64,000 nt of DNA from contig JAIUMM010000001.1 of assembly GCA_022565615.1 (NCBI GenBank), positions 11,680 to 75,679 on the forward strand, in the 5' to 3' direction. Below are positions 1 through 9,582 of this stretch, one piece after another. The translations under genes were made by a program, and so were the position numbers. The notes beneath the pieces are model-generated. The model did not search any database. It had not been told where the DNA came from and worked only from the letters and a program-made list of their open reading frames with translations. The number at the start of each line of letters is the position of its first letter. Position 1 is the stretch's first letter. The DNA comes from Nanobdellota archaeon (lineage in GTDB: Archaea; Nanobdellota; Nanobdellia; Woesearchaeales; UBA583).

Positions 1-46
1 TAACTTTTACATTTGCACTTTTAACTCTTTGAAGAATAACTTTCAT
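1..46 (-). CDS. dtd: 5' fragment of a probable bacterial-type D-aminoacyl-tRNA deacylase (runs off the window)
   Basis: Manual translation from ATG at 46 gives MKVILQRVKSANVKV, matching the DTD N-terminus MrxvxQRVxxAxVxV. Only 15 codons are visible. Confidence 0.7.
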   Translation of the reverse strand, partial: MKVILQRVKSANVKV

Positions 47-146
47 ACAAATATTAAATTTTAGAACGTATTTAAATATATTTAATTTATATCAACAATT
101 AATTAAAAATAATTAAAAAATAAAATAAGAAAAATTTGAATTAAAG

Positions 147-314
147 TTACTTATTTCTGATATATGAATATCTTTTAAGTTTTGTTGACTTTCCATAACC
201 ACATGCTGAACAGACTCCTGTTTTCATATGATATGATCTACTTCCACATCTTCTACACATAATATGTAGTTTTCCTTTACTTTTTTTACCCATACTTGGT
301 GTTCCTTTTGTCAT
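147..314 (-). CDS. rpl37e: 50S ribosomal protein eL37 (missed by ORF track)
   Basis: Manual translation MTKGTPSMGKKSKGKLHIMCRRCGSRSYHMKTGVCSACGYGKSTKLKRYSYIRNK*. It has the MTKGT start and the CRRCG..CxxCGY zinc ribbon. Confidence 0.97.
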   Translation of the reverse strand: MTKGTPSMGKKSKGKLHIMCRRCGSRSYHMKTGVCSACGYGKSTKLKRYSYIRNK

Positions 315-469
315 TGTATCTACTTTTAGAAATAAAACTCACTTTATAAAACTTGCTCAACTTATCTTACAAATTAAGTATATTAATAGAGTATTTATAT
401 AATCTAATATTATCTACTTCTTAATTTTAACATATTTTTTTAAAGCTTTAATTTGATAATTAATTAATT

Positions 470-847
470 ATGAGTTCAACATCAAAGCATCCACCGTTCT
501 ACTTATTTATTATAGTAGCATTCTCACTTATAATTGGATTTATAGTTGTATTTCAAATAAATAACAATTTTTATGTTCCTGAGCATAGTTCTTGTAGAGC
601 TTTTGAATATGAGGTAAGAGCGTGTGTAACTGATTTAGAGGTTAGATTTGATGTAAGAAGTGCACGAGAGAGTTCATCTTTACATGTAAATTTTAAAGAT
701 CAAGAAAGAATTTTTCTAGAACCTCTGAGATTACAAACAGTACGAATTCCAAGAGGAGATTTATATGAAATTGTTCCAGAATATCAAGGAAATAAATGTA
801 TTAAAAAGGCAATGACTATATATGATGAGGATTTAAATAGATGTTAA
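470..847 (+). CDS. Hypothetical protein with N-terminal membrane anchor
   Basis: One hydrophobic N-terminal helix followed by a Cys-containing soluble domain; co-oriented with the pilin-like gene downstream. Confidence 0.65.
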   Translation: MSSTSKHPPFYLFIIVAFSLIIGFIVVFQINNNFYVPEHSSCRAFEYEVRACVTDLEVRFDVRSARESSSLHVNFKDQERIFLEPLRLQTVRIPRGDLYEIVPEYQGNKCIKKAMTIYDEDLNRC

Positions 848-896
848 AAGTTAATATTAGTTAATGAATTAGTAATAAAATAAATAAAATATAAAA

Positions 897-2957
897 ATGG
901 CAACAAATAAATTAAAAAATCAAAATATCAAAACATTTCAAAAAAAAGCTCAAATCTCATTATTTATTATAATTGGAGTGTTATTATTAGTTGTAGGAAT
1001 TGTATATTTTATATTTTCTCAAACTAATTTATTTCAATCTCCACAAGCACAATCACAAGAGCAAATTAGTGAAATATTAAGATTTTGTGTAGGAGAAGAA
1101 TTAAAAAATTCAATGAAAGTATTACAATTTAAAGGAGGAAGAATAAATGCTCCTCCTCTTGAAACACAACAAAGAGTTCAAACATTTGACTTTGATATTT
1201 ATTCTTGGAGTAAAATACCTACAACTGAAGAGATGGAGTTAGAATTAAAGCAAGAAGTTGAACAAAAATCAATTGGGTGTATAGCTTCAAATTTAATGAA
1301 TTTAAATGAATTATATGAAATTACTGGTTTTTCACAAGATTTATTTCAAGTTGATATCTCAATAACTCCTCAAAGAATTACAGCAGTTATTGAAATTCCT
1401 TTAAATATAAAAATGAGGGGTCAAGATGAGAGTTGGGAGTATTCATCTTTAACACTTGAAACTCCAAGTGCTCTATATACAAATTTTGAACTTGCAAAAG
1501 CTATTTTTCAAGAGCATACTCAAAACCAAATATTTGAACATTTAGTGTTAGAACAAATCTCAATGGCTAAAGATTATTCAGACCCAAGAGCTTCAGTTCC
1601 AACTCAAGGAATTCAGTTTAGTTGTAATACTCCAATTTTTAGAGCAAGTGAAATTCAAAATACAATTTTGTCATTAAATGATTTTAATTTTAATTTTCTC
1701 TACTTTGAGGGAACTGCAAGTATTGAGAATAGATTTTTAGGATATGATGAAGATATTAGAGAATATTATGACTCATTATATAGAAAAGATTTAGAATTTA
1801 TGAACCCAATTATTGATATTTCAAGAAAAGAAGTTGATGTTGTAATTCCAAAAAGATATTCTTTTACAGGAGATTCAACATATTTGTCATCATTTAGAGA
1901 GTTTCGAGTAAATGGTATTGAAGAAGAGTTTATTAGACCTACACAGTTAAACTTAGGAGGATTTATTCCAATGCCATGTATTAGTGTATTTTCAAAAGTA
2001 TATGATTTAGATTATGATATTTTAGTTGAAATTGAGAGTTTTGAATCAGGAGAATTTGAAGTATTTAGAGTTCCAATTAGAATTCAAATTGAAGCAAGTG
2101 AGCCTAAGAGAACATTTGATTCTAGCAGATCACTAGTAGACTCAACACAATATACTTTAAATTCTCAAACATATTGTTCTTTAGAGGAGCAAGAAAGTTA
2201 TATAACTGATATTATTTTACTTGAGGCTACAAATGTAGGTTTAAAACCATTATTTAATGTGGATGTTTCTTTTTCTTGTGCAGGAATTAGATGTAGTGAT
2301 TTGGGAACATTCACTAATCAATTAAATAGTAATTCAGATTCTAGACTTAGAGCAAATTTACCCTTTTGTTCAAGTGGAAGAATTATTGCACAAAAAGAAG
2401 ATTTTTTACATATATCAACACTTAAACAAGCAGAGGAATTAGGATTTGATTCAATGTGTGGAGAATCAATTGTCCCAATGAATGATATGATAGAAAGAGG
2501 AGATTTTAATGGAAGAATTCCTTATATTGACGTATGTATGATTAAACTTAAAGAAATTGAATTAGACATTAATTCAATGAGATTTTTTGATATTCAAAGA
2601 GGACAAACAATTACAAATCCTCAAGGGGAATTAGTTGTAATTGCTGAGAATCAGAATTTAGGTTATACAACTACTGGTTATTTTGATTTTTCAAATGTAG
2701 AATCATTAGAGAGTTTAAAACTTCCAAATGTTGATGTATTAAATTTAAATATTTCAATTATGTATTATGAGGATAATGAGTTACTTTCATATTATGAATT
2801 TGAAAATCAAGAAGTTGAATTAACATTTGCATCATCATTTTTTGGAACTATTCCTTTAATGAGTTCACAAATAGATTCAACTCAAGCTTTTGATTCTATT
2901 GAAAGTGCATATACTCAAGGATATTTAGATGTGAATTTTGGATTTACAATTAATTAA
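897..2957 (+). CDS. Large surface protein with class III (pilin-like) signal peptide
   Basis: KKAQ|ISLFIIIGVLLLVVGIVYF fits the archaeal prepilin cleavage motif [KR][GA]|Q plus a hydrophobic helix. Cys-rich extracellular body. Confidence 0.75.
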   Translation: MATNKLKNQNIKTFQKKAQISLFIIIGVLLLVVGIVYFIFSQTNLFQSPQAQSQEQISEILRFCVGEELKNSMKVLQFKGGRINAPPLETQQRVQTFDFDIYSWSKIPTTEEMELELKQEVEQKSIGCIASNLMNLNELYEITGFSQDLFQVDISITPQRITAVIEIPLNIKMRGQDESWEYSSLTLETPSALYTNFELAKAIFQEHTQNQIFEHLVLEQISMAKDYSDPRASVPTQGIQFSCNTPIFRASEIQNTILSLNDFNFNFLYFEGTASIENRFLGYDEDIREYYDSLYRKDLEFMNPIIDISRKEVDVVIPKRYSFTGDSTYLSSFREFRVNGIEEEFIRPTQLNLGGFIPMPCISVFSKVYDLDYDILVEIESFESGEFEVFRVPIRIQIEASEPKRTFDSSRSLVDSTQYTLNSQTYCSLEEQESYITDIILLEATNVGLKPLFNVDVSFSCAGIRCSDLGTFTNQLNSNSDSRLRANLPFCSSGRIIAQKEDFLHISTLKQAEELGFDSMCGESIVPMNDMIERGDFNGRIPYIDVCMIKLKEIELDINSMRFFDIQRGQTITNPQGELVVIAENQNLGYTTTGYFDFSNVESLESLKLPNVDVLNLNISIMYYEDNELLSYYEFENQEVELTFASSFFGTIPLMSSQIDSTQAFDSIESAYTQGYLDVNFGFTIN

Positions 2958-3039
2958 CTTTAGAAATTAATTCAAAAGGTAGTCAATACAATTTAATATT
3001 AGTATTAATATTAAATTTTTCTTTTTTATTTCACTAAAT

Positions 3040-3047
3040 TTTATAAA
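3040..3047 (+). promoter_or_regulatory. TATA box candidate upstream of the aEF-2 leader region
   Basis: TTTATAAA, the same box seen before many other genes here. An alternative TTTTTAAA lies at 3196-3203, about 25 nt before the EF-2 ATG. Confidence 0.4.
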
Positions 3048-3145
3048 CACTTTAGTCTTAGTTTGAGTTATACTACTTAATATTTGAGATTAAGCAGATA
3101 CATATATTTATTGCAAATAAATATTACATATAAAATTATACAAAA

Positions 3146-3202
3146 ATGGCAAAAGATACGAGACACTTTGCTTACGCTTCGTTCTTGTATCGTCATTTTT
3201 AA
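3146..3202 (+). other. 18-codon uORF/hairpin that duplicates the aEF-2 start
   Basis: Translates to MAKDTRHFAYASFLYRHF*. AAAATGGCAAAAGAT occurs at 3143 and 3226. Arms AAAATGGC..GATACGAG and CTTGTATC-GTCATTTT can pair. Confidence 0.55.
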
Positions 3203-3228
3203 AAACCAACAAAAAACAATAATAGAAA

Positions 3229-5400
3229 ATGGCAAAAGATTTAGGACAAGCAGTAATGGAGGCAATGAAAAAGCCTACCTTAATTAGAAATATTGCAATT
3301 GCAGCACACATTGATCACGGTAAAACAACTCTTTCAGATAATTTATTATCTGGAGCTGGAATGATTTCAGAAGAATTATCTGGAAAACAAAGATTCATGG
3401 ATTTTCACGAAGATGAAGCAGCTCGTGGAATTACTATTGATAGTGCAAATGTATCAATGGTTCACAGTGTTGAGGGTCAAGATTTTCTAGTAAATTTAAT
3501 TGATACTCCTGGTCACGTAGACTTTGGAGGAGATGTTACAAGAGCTATGAGAGCAGTTGATGGTGCAGTTGTACTTTCATGTGCAGTTGAAGGAATTATG
3601 CCTCAAACAGAGACAGTTTTAAGACAAGCATTAAAAGAGAAAGTTAGACCAATATTATTTATTAATAAGGCTGATAGATTAATTAAAGAATTAAAATTAA
3701 CTCCAGAGATGATGCAACAAAGATTTATTAAAATTATTAATAATTTAAATGAATTAATTGTAAAAGTAGCTCCTCCTGAATTTAAACAAAAGTGGCAAGT
3801 AAATGTTGCTGATGGTTCAGTATGTTTTGGTTCAGCATTTTCAAATTGGGCGTTATCAGTTCCATATATGAAGAAAAAAGGATTAAACTTTGGACAAATT
3901 ATTGAAATTTATGAAAAAGATGACCCTGAAGAAGTTAAAAAATTAGCTAAAATGGCTCCTCTTCATGAAGTATTATTAAACTCAGTAGTTATACATTTAC
4001 CAAATCCAGTTGATGCACAAGCATATAGAATTCCACTTATTTGGAGTGGTGAAACTGATTCAGGAGTTGGAAAAAACCTTGTTGAGTGTGATCCTAAAGG
4101 AGATTTAGCATTTGTAATTACAAAAATTACACAAGATAAGCACGCAGGAGAAGTAGCAACAGGACGTATGTTTTCAGGAACTGTAAGAAAAGGTCAAGAA
4201 GTTGTAACAAGCAAAGGTACTAAAGGTAGAATTCAACAAGTATTCATTTCAAAAGGCCCTCAAAGAGTTCAAATTGAAAATGCTGTTGCAGGAAATATTG
4301 TAGGAATTTCAGGTCTTAAAGATATTACTGTGGGTGACACTATTTCAACTACTGAGATGGTTCCATTTGAAGATATTCAACATATTTTTGAGCCAGTTGT
4401 AACTGTTGCTGTTGAACCTAAAAAACCAGCAGATTTACCTAAGATGATTGAAGTTTTAAAAGTTGTTGGAAAAGAAGACCCATCACTTAAAGTAACAATT
4501 AATGAAGATACTGGAGAGTTTTTAATTGCAGGTATGGGTGAATTACATTTAGAAGTTGTAACTGATAGAATTAAATCAGAAAAAGGTATGGAGATTAGAG
4601 TATCACCTCCTATTGTTGTATACAGAGAATCAGTTACAAAACTCTCTCCACAAGTTGAAGGAAAATCACCAAATAAACATAATAAATTCTATATGACTTT
4701 AGAGCCACTTGAAGAAGAATTTGCAAGAGCTGTTGCAGAAGGAGAAGTTCCTGAAGGAAGAGTTAAGAAAAAAGACAGAGAGTTGTGGGATTTATTTGCT
4801 TCAAAAGGAATTTCAAAAGATGAAGCTGAGAGAATTAAGCACATTTATCAAGGAAATGTATTTGTTGATATGACAAGAGGTATTGTTGCACTTAACGAAG
4901 TAATTGAATTAGTTCTTGATGGATTTGAAGAAATTATTAAACAAGGTCCAATGGCAAGAGAGTCTTGTGTTGGTATGAAAGTTAAACTTATGGATGTAAA
5001 TTTGCACGAAGATAGTATTCACAGAGGTCCAGGTCAAGTATACCCTGCAATTAGAGATGGTTTAAAAGAAGCTATTGGTGGTGCAGGAGCTGTATTATTT
5101 GAACCATTACAAGTAATTCAAGTAGATTGTCCACAAGATATGATGGGTAATGTTTCAAGTGTAATTCAAAATAGAAGAGGTCAAGTATTAGATATGCAAA
5201 TTGATGAAGATAATATGACTATTTTAGCAAAAGTTCCTGTTGCAGAAACATTTGGTATGACTGGTGATATTAGATCAGCTACTGGTGGAAAAGGTTCATT
5301 CTTTGTAAAGTCACAAACATTTGAGCAATTACCAAGAGAATTACAAGAAAATATTGTAAAAGGAATTAGACAAAGAAAAGGATTAACAGAAAATCAATAA
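3229..5400 (+). CDS. fusA: Translation elongation factor aEF-2
   Basis: AHIDHGKTT, RGITI, DTPGHVDF and NKAD GTPase motifs, GMGELHLE, and the diphthamide loop LHEDSIHRGPGQ. Confidence 0.99.
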   Translation: MAKDLGQAVMEAMKKPTLIRNIAIAAHIDHGKTTLSDNLLSGAGMISEELSGKQRFMDFHEDEAARGITIDSANVSMVHSVEGQDFLVNLIDTPGHVDFGGDVTRAMRAVDGAVVLSCAVEGIMPQTETVLRQALKEKVRPILFINKADRLIKELKLTPEMMQQRFIKIINNLNELIVKVAPPEFKQKWQVNVADGSVCFGSAFSNWALSVPYMKKKGLNFGQIIEIYEKDDPEEVKKLAKMAPLHEVLLNSVVIHLPNPVDAQAYRIPLIWSGETDSGVGKNLVECDPKGDLAFVITKITQDKHAGEVATGRMFSGTVRKGQEVVTSKGTKGRIQQVFISKGPQRVQIENAVAGNIVGISGLKDITVGDTISTTEMVPFEDIQHIFEPVVTVAVEPKKPADLPKMIEVLKVVGKEDPSLKVTINEDTGEFLIAGMGELHLEVVTDRIKSEKGMEIRVSPPIVVYRESVTKLSPQVEGKSPNKHNKFYMTLEPLEEEFARAVAEGEVPEGRVKKKDRELWDLFASKGISKDEAERIKHIYQGNVFVDMTRGIVALNEVIELVLDGFEEIIKQGPMARESCVGMKVKLMDVNLHEDSIHRGPGQVYPAIRDGLKEAIGGAGAVLFEPLQVIQVDCPQDMMGNVSSVIQNRRGQVLDMQIDEDNMTILAKVPVAETFGMTGDIRSATGGKGSFFVKSQTFEQLPRELQENIVKGIRQRKGLTENQ

Positions 5401-5485
5401 TTACAGAGTAATTATTGTTCATTCGTTATAGTTGAATAATTCAATAAATTTTTTTCTTAAATTGTTTCACAGTTTAGATTTATTT

Positions 5486-6166
5486 TTATTTTTTAATATA
5501 TTTGAAATAAAGAAAAATTGTGGAAAACAAAAGTATTTGAATGAGTAATACTCCTCCTACAATTATTAAAAAAAATTGTTCACTATAGATGTAGTATGAG
5601 ATATATTGAGGTTGTAAAATTTGAAATGAATCTTCTTTAAATAATATAGAGTGAAAAATATTCCTCCAAAAATATTCAAAGAAAATAATACAAGGTATAC
5701 ATAATATAAGAATACTTAAACTAATTTTAAAAATAATTTTAATATTGTAAGTATTAAATAGTGATTTTTGAAATAACAGAAAATATATAACTATAATTAA
5801 AAATAATATATATATACTACTTGAGATGAGAAGAATTTGTTTAACATCTTTATAATGAACAATTTCAAACTCAGAGAAAAATTGAGAGGATAATTCTTCA
5901 CTTAATATATAATAATTAATAATGTTTTTTTGAGCTTGACTTACTTGAGTAGAATTTAAATTAAAATGTTGAGGCGAATCTTCAATACTATGTGACTGAG
6001 TAAGAGAGCTTAGAGAGTTTTGAAGAGTAAAGTTTACAAAAATAGGGAGAATTAAAGTAAATGAAATCATAAAAATGATACTTAGAGAAATTAAAATAAA
6101 TATAATTCTGTCTAATATTTCAAAATTAAAAAAACTAATTTTTTTGGATTTAAATTTACTTTTCAT
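5486..6166 (-). CDS. Integral membrane protein (DUF1461-like)
   Basis: About 4 TM helices; FSEFEIVHYKDVK and FHSILF motifs recall DUF1461. Confidence 0.65.
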   Translation of the reverse strand: MKSKFKSKKISFFNFEILDRIIFILISLSIIFMISFTLILPIFVNFTLQNSLSSLTQSHSIEDSPQHFNLNSTQVSQAQKNIINYYILSEELSSQFFSEFEIVHYKDVKQILLISSSIYILFLIIVIYFLLFQKSLFNTYNIKIIFKISLSILILCIPCIIFFEYFWRNIFHSILFKEDSFQILQPQYISYYIYSEQFFLIIVGGVLLIQILLFSTIFLYFKYIKK

Positions 6167-6221
6167 ATATTAATTAATACTTAACTATATATTTTTAAAT
6201 AATTAACTTTTATTTGTTTCT

Positions 6222-6707
6222 ATGTTAGATTTTCAAGCTAGTGTAGATTTGGTATTAATTGATGATAAAAAAAGAAAAATTACAATTAATAGAAGAAGAA
6301 AATCAGTTGTTAAAGAAAATAAATTTAGTTATTATGAAAAATTTGCTCCTTTAGTTACAAGTAATGAAATTATTTCTCTTCAATATCTAGAAGGCATAAA
6401 ACAAGTTCCTAGTTATAAAAGAAGAATTAGTTTAAATTCTTTTGAGATGAGTTTATTAGAAGCAGAAAAATTGTCAAGAGACAATTTTATAGGGTGTAAA
6501 AAATTAGAAGAATTATTTAATCTAATCAATTCAAGAGGTGTTTATGATTTTGATTTAAATGATAATGATATTTTAGTTTTTGAAGGACAATATAGAATTT
6601 TAGATTTTGGTGCAAGTTTAAGAATTCCTCATTTTTATTTTAAAAAAGTTTATGATAAATTTATTTTAAATCCAAAATTAGAAAGATTAGAGAAAAGGTT
6701 TAGTTAA
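6222..6707 (+). CDS. Minimal protein-kinase-like fold protein (RIO/Kdo-like)
   Basis: GVYDFDLNDNDIL resembles the catalytic loop and is followed by RILDFG. The N-lobe appears reduced. Confidence 0.55.
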   Translation: MLDFQASVDLVLIDDKKRKITINRRRKSVVKENKFSYYEKFAPLVTSNEIISLQYLEGIKQVPSYKRRISLNSFEMSLLEAEKLSRDNFIGCKKLEELFNLINSRGVYDFDLNDNDILVFEGQYRILDFGASLRIPHFYFKKVYDKFILNPKLERLEKRFS

Positions 6708-6711
6708 TATA

Positions 6712-7200
6712 TTAAAACTCTTTATATCCAAGTTTTTTAATTTCTTTAATATATGTATTTAATTCTCCTCCTACAACTGCTGGACATTGCTGCGATGCTA
6801 TAACATATTTTTTAGTTAAAAATAGAGGATAATCGTTACAGATAATAGGTTTTTTATCAGATTTATGTATTGAACAAAAAACATTCTCTTTTAAATGTCT
6901 GCAAGGTTCTTTCTCTAAATTATATGTCATAAATCCATTTTGAGTCCTCTCAAGTGTTTTATCTTCTATAAATTTACCAATATGTTCAACTCCACTTATT
7001 GTTTCAACCTCTTGATTAGTTTGTAAGAGTAGTTTACCAACTTTACAACATTTAGCTCCACAAATATTTATACAATAATTAGATAGTGATTCTCTTGCTT
7101 TTTGTGCAATTTCTTTTGCAATGAGTGTTTTATTTTCATCAATAGGATTACCTTGAATTGGAGAATTAGGATTAATTGGAGGAGGATTTATAATTGTCAT
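6712..7200 (-). CDS. YkgJ-family CxxxCxxxCC Fe-S/Zn cluster protein
   Basis: CINICGAKCC ... PCRHL..CSIH...KPIICNDYP motif series. Confidence 0.85.
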   Translation of the reverse strand: MTIINPPPINPNSPIQGNPIDENKTLIAKEIAQKARESLSNYCINICGAKCCKVGKLLLQTNQEVETISGVEHIGKFIEDKTLERTQNGFMTYNLEKEPCRHLKENVFCSIHKSDKKPIICNDYPLFLTKKYVIASQQCPAVVGGELNTYIKEIKKLGYKEF

Positions 7201-7413
7201 AATTCATTTCAATAATTGTTTTATAAGGATATTTATAAACTTCTATATTTTTTATTTTTACATCATTTTATATGATTTCACTTCATTTTCATATTATTTA
7301 TAAATAATTATCAAAAATATTTGTCTTTGATTTTTGTTAAAACTCTAATTTTTTAGATTAAATTACATATAAGTAAACATTAACTTATTAAATCTATATA
7401 TATTGTATTTGAT

Positions 7414-7656
7414 ATGGTTACAAATGATGAAATTAAAAATCAGTTATTAGAGAGTTTTCCTGATGCTCAAATTGAAGTTGATAATCCAAGAGGAGATGAT
7501 GTTCATTTTAAAATTGAAATCTCTTCCTCTCAATTTGTTGGACTTTCACGAATAAATCAGCATAAATTGGTGTATAAAGCACTTGGAAATAAATTTAATA
7601 AATGTGGACAAAGTTTGCATGCAATTGAGCTAAGAACAAAAGCAAGAGAAGAGTAA
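7414..7656 (+). CDS. bolA: BolA-family protein
   Basis: HFKIEISSSQFVGLSRINQHKLVYKAL and LHAIEL; adjacent to a monothiol glutaredoxin. Confidence 0.93.
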   Translation: MVTNDEIKNQLLESFPDAQIEVDNPRGDDVHFKIEISSSQFVGLSRINQHKLVYKALGNKFNKCGQSLHAIELRTKAREE

Positions 7657-7712
7657 ATATTTTGCAGGTATTTTGTACAAACAATTAAAAATATAATTAT
7701 ATTATTTAGTAT

Positions 7713-8048
7713 ATGACTCGAAATATTGTAAAAGAAATTCAAGATATTATTGATGAAAATTCAATAGTTTTATTTTTAAAAGGAGAAAAAGGTTCTCACA
7801 TGTGTGGTTTTTCAAAACAAGTTTTAATGATATTTGAGCAATTACAAGAAAAATATGAGATATCATTTCAAGTCGTAAATGTGTGGAAAGATCAAACTCT
7901 CTATGATGCTCTAAAAGAGTATAATGATTGGCCAACATATCCACAAATTTTTGTAAATCATGAATTTGTAGGAGGATTTGATATTATACAAGAATTAGAG
8001 ATGAGTGGAGAACTTGAAGAACTAGTATCTTCAATTTCACAAAATTAA
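7713..8048 (+). CDS. grxD: Monothiol glutaredoxin (Grx4, CGFS)
   Basis: LFLKG...CGFS, WPTYPQIFV and GGFDI motifs. Confidence 0.94.
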   Translation: MTRNIVKEIQDIIDENSIVLFLKGEKGSHMCGFSKQVLMIFEQLQEKYEISFQVVNVWKDQTLYDALKEYNDWPTYPQIFVNHEFVGGFDIIQELEMSGELEELVSSISQN

Positions 8049-8079
8049 AATTCTAAATTTTAATTATTTATTTAACCAA

Positions 8080-8195
8080 TTCCCCTGCATATTTATTGCG
8101 AATATTTAGGGAACAGTCCTTCACAAGAGAATCCTAAGAGGAGGTACTCTGTTATAAACTAGCGATGATACTTTTGGGTTAGTGTTAAGGGCGTC
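8080..8195. ncRNA. Putative structured RNA or non-autonomous element, family unknown
   Basis: About 115-nt GC-enriched island between convergent genes, with several complementary segments (TTCCCCT/AGGGAA, GTCCTTCAC/GTGTTAAGGGC, AGAG..TCCT/AGGA..CTCT, CTAGC/GTTAG). Confidence 0.4.
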
Positions 8196-8247
8196 ATATT
8201 TTTAAAAGAAGATAAAACATTTTTTTAATTATTTTAACATATATAGT

Positions 8248-9471
8248 TCACCTCTTCTTCTTATGCTGAATTTTTCCTTCAATTCTCTTTAAAATTGATT
8301 TAGGTAAATTTTCTAATTGTGGAGTTTGTTTCATTTTATATTCAATTTTATACTCTTGCAGAACTTGTTTGAATTTTTCAACATCCTCTTTTGAAATGAA
8401 ATTAATGGTTGTTCCTTTATTTGTATGCCTTGTTGCTCTTCCTATTCTATGAACATATTTTGTATGATCTTGTGGGATAGAGTAATTAATAATATGTGAA
8501 ATCTGAGGAACATCAACTCCTCTAGAGAGTAAATCAGTTGCAATTAAAACATCAAATTTCATCTCTTTAAAATCATTAATAGATTTATTTCTTTCAAACT
8601 CACTTGTAGTTGAACTCACAGACCTATAATCAAATCCTAATTCCTTTACAACAGCTTCAACTTGTCTTATATGTTCTTTTCTATTTACAAATATAAGTAA
8701 AAGACCAAATTGGAGATTTTTAAGAGTATGATGAAGAAGTGAGAGTTTTAAATTACTCTCAATAATATAAATTAATTGAGAAATTTGTGATTTTTCAACT
8801 AATGAAGGGAGTTCAATTACTTTTGGATTATGTAAATATTCTTTTGCAATTTGACCCATTTCTTTAGTATATGTAGCTGAGAAGAGTAAATCTTGTCTTT
8901 GTTCTGGAAGTGATTCAATAATTTGTTCTAAACCTTCTAAGTGTTCTTTTGTAAGTAACATATCAGCTTCATCTAAGATTAAACTTACAATTTGAGTGAG
9001 TTCATCTGAATTTTCTTGCAGTTGTTGAGCTAAAATTTTAGGAGTTGTGACTAAACAAGTTGTATTTTGAGTAATTATATTAAAACTTTTTTCTTGAATA
9101 TTTTTTTTAAGTGTTGTGATTGAAAAAGTAGATTCATTTGGTATTATTTTTGTAATCATTGAATGAATTTGTTCAACTAATAGTGTATTTGGTGCTAAAA
9201 TAATATATTTTAATTTGAGATTAGAAGGATTTTGAGATTTTGAAATTTTAGGTGATTCTTCATGCTCAATTATCATCTTAATTCCATAAATGAGTGTTTT
9301 TCCACTTCCAGTTGGAGCTTGAATAAGTAAATCTTGTGTGCTTAGAGCATAATCAAATGCTTTGTGTTGAATTGGAGTTGGAGTTTTAAATCCATTTTCT
9401 TCAAGTTTTTCAACTAAAAGAGGATATTTATTAAATAATTGACTAAATGATTGTACTTTTTGAGATTTCAT
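8248..9471 (-). CDS. DEAD-box RNA helicase (RhlE/CshA-like)
   Basis: Q motif PTPIQ, APTGSGKT, LDEAD, SAT, RGVD and YVHRIGR. Confidence 0.95.
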   Translation of the reverse strand: MKSQKVQSFSQLFNKYPLLVEKLEENGFKTPTPIQHKAFDYALSTQDLLIQAPTGSGKTLIYGIKMIIEHEESPKISKSQNPSNLKLKYIILAPNTLLVEQIHSMITKIIPNESTFSITTLKKNIQEKSFNIITQNTTCLVTTPKILAQQLQENSDELTQIVSLILDEADMLLTKEHLEGLEQIIESLPEQRQDLLFSATYTKEMGQIAKEYLHNPKVIELPSLVEKSQISQLIYIIESNLKLSLLHHTLKNLQFGLLLIFVNRKEHIRQVEAVVKELGFDYRSVSSTTSEFERNKSINDFKEMKFDVLIATDLLSRGVDVPQISHIINYSIPQDHTKYVHRIGRATRHTNKGTTINFISKEDVEKFKQVLQEYKIEYKMKQTPQLENLPKSILKRIEGKIQHKKKR

Positions 9472-9582
9472 AGTATATCAAATACTATTATACTTATAAA
9501 TATGGCTAAAATATTGTGTTATTGAGTATTCTTAGTAAAAATAATTTAAACATGTCACTTTAGAGTAACAAAAAACAATATC

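Noticed and set aside
5002-5040. Diphthamide-less EF-2 variant
   Set aside because: The HRG loop with the target His is canonical.
8080-8195. 5S rRNA, SRP RNA or tRNA
   Set aside because: The length is similar to 5S, but the CCGAAC loop, the SRP helix-8 motif and a cloverleaf with TTC loop are all absent.
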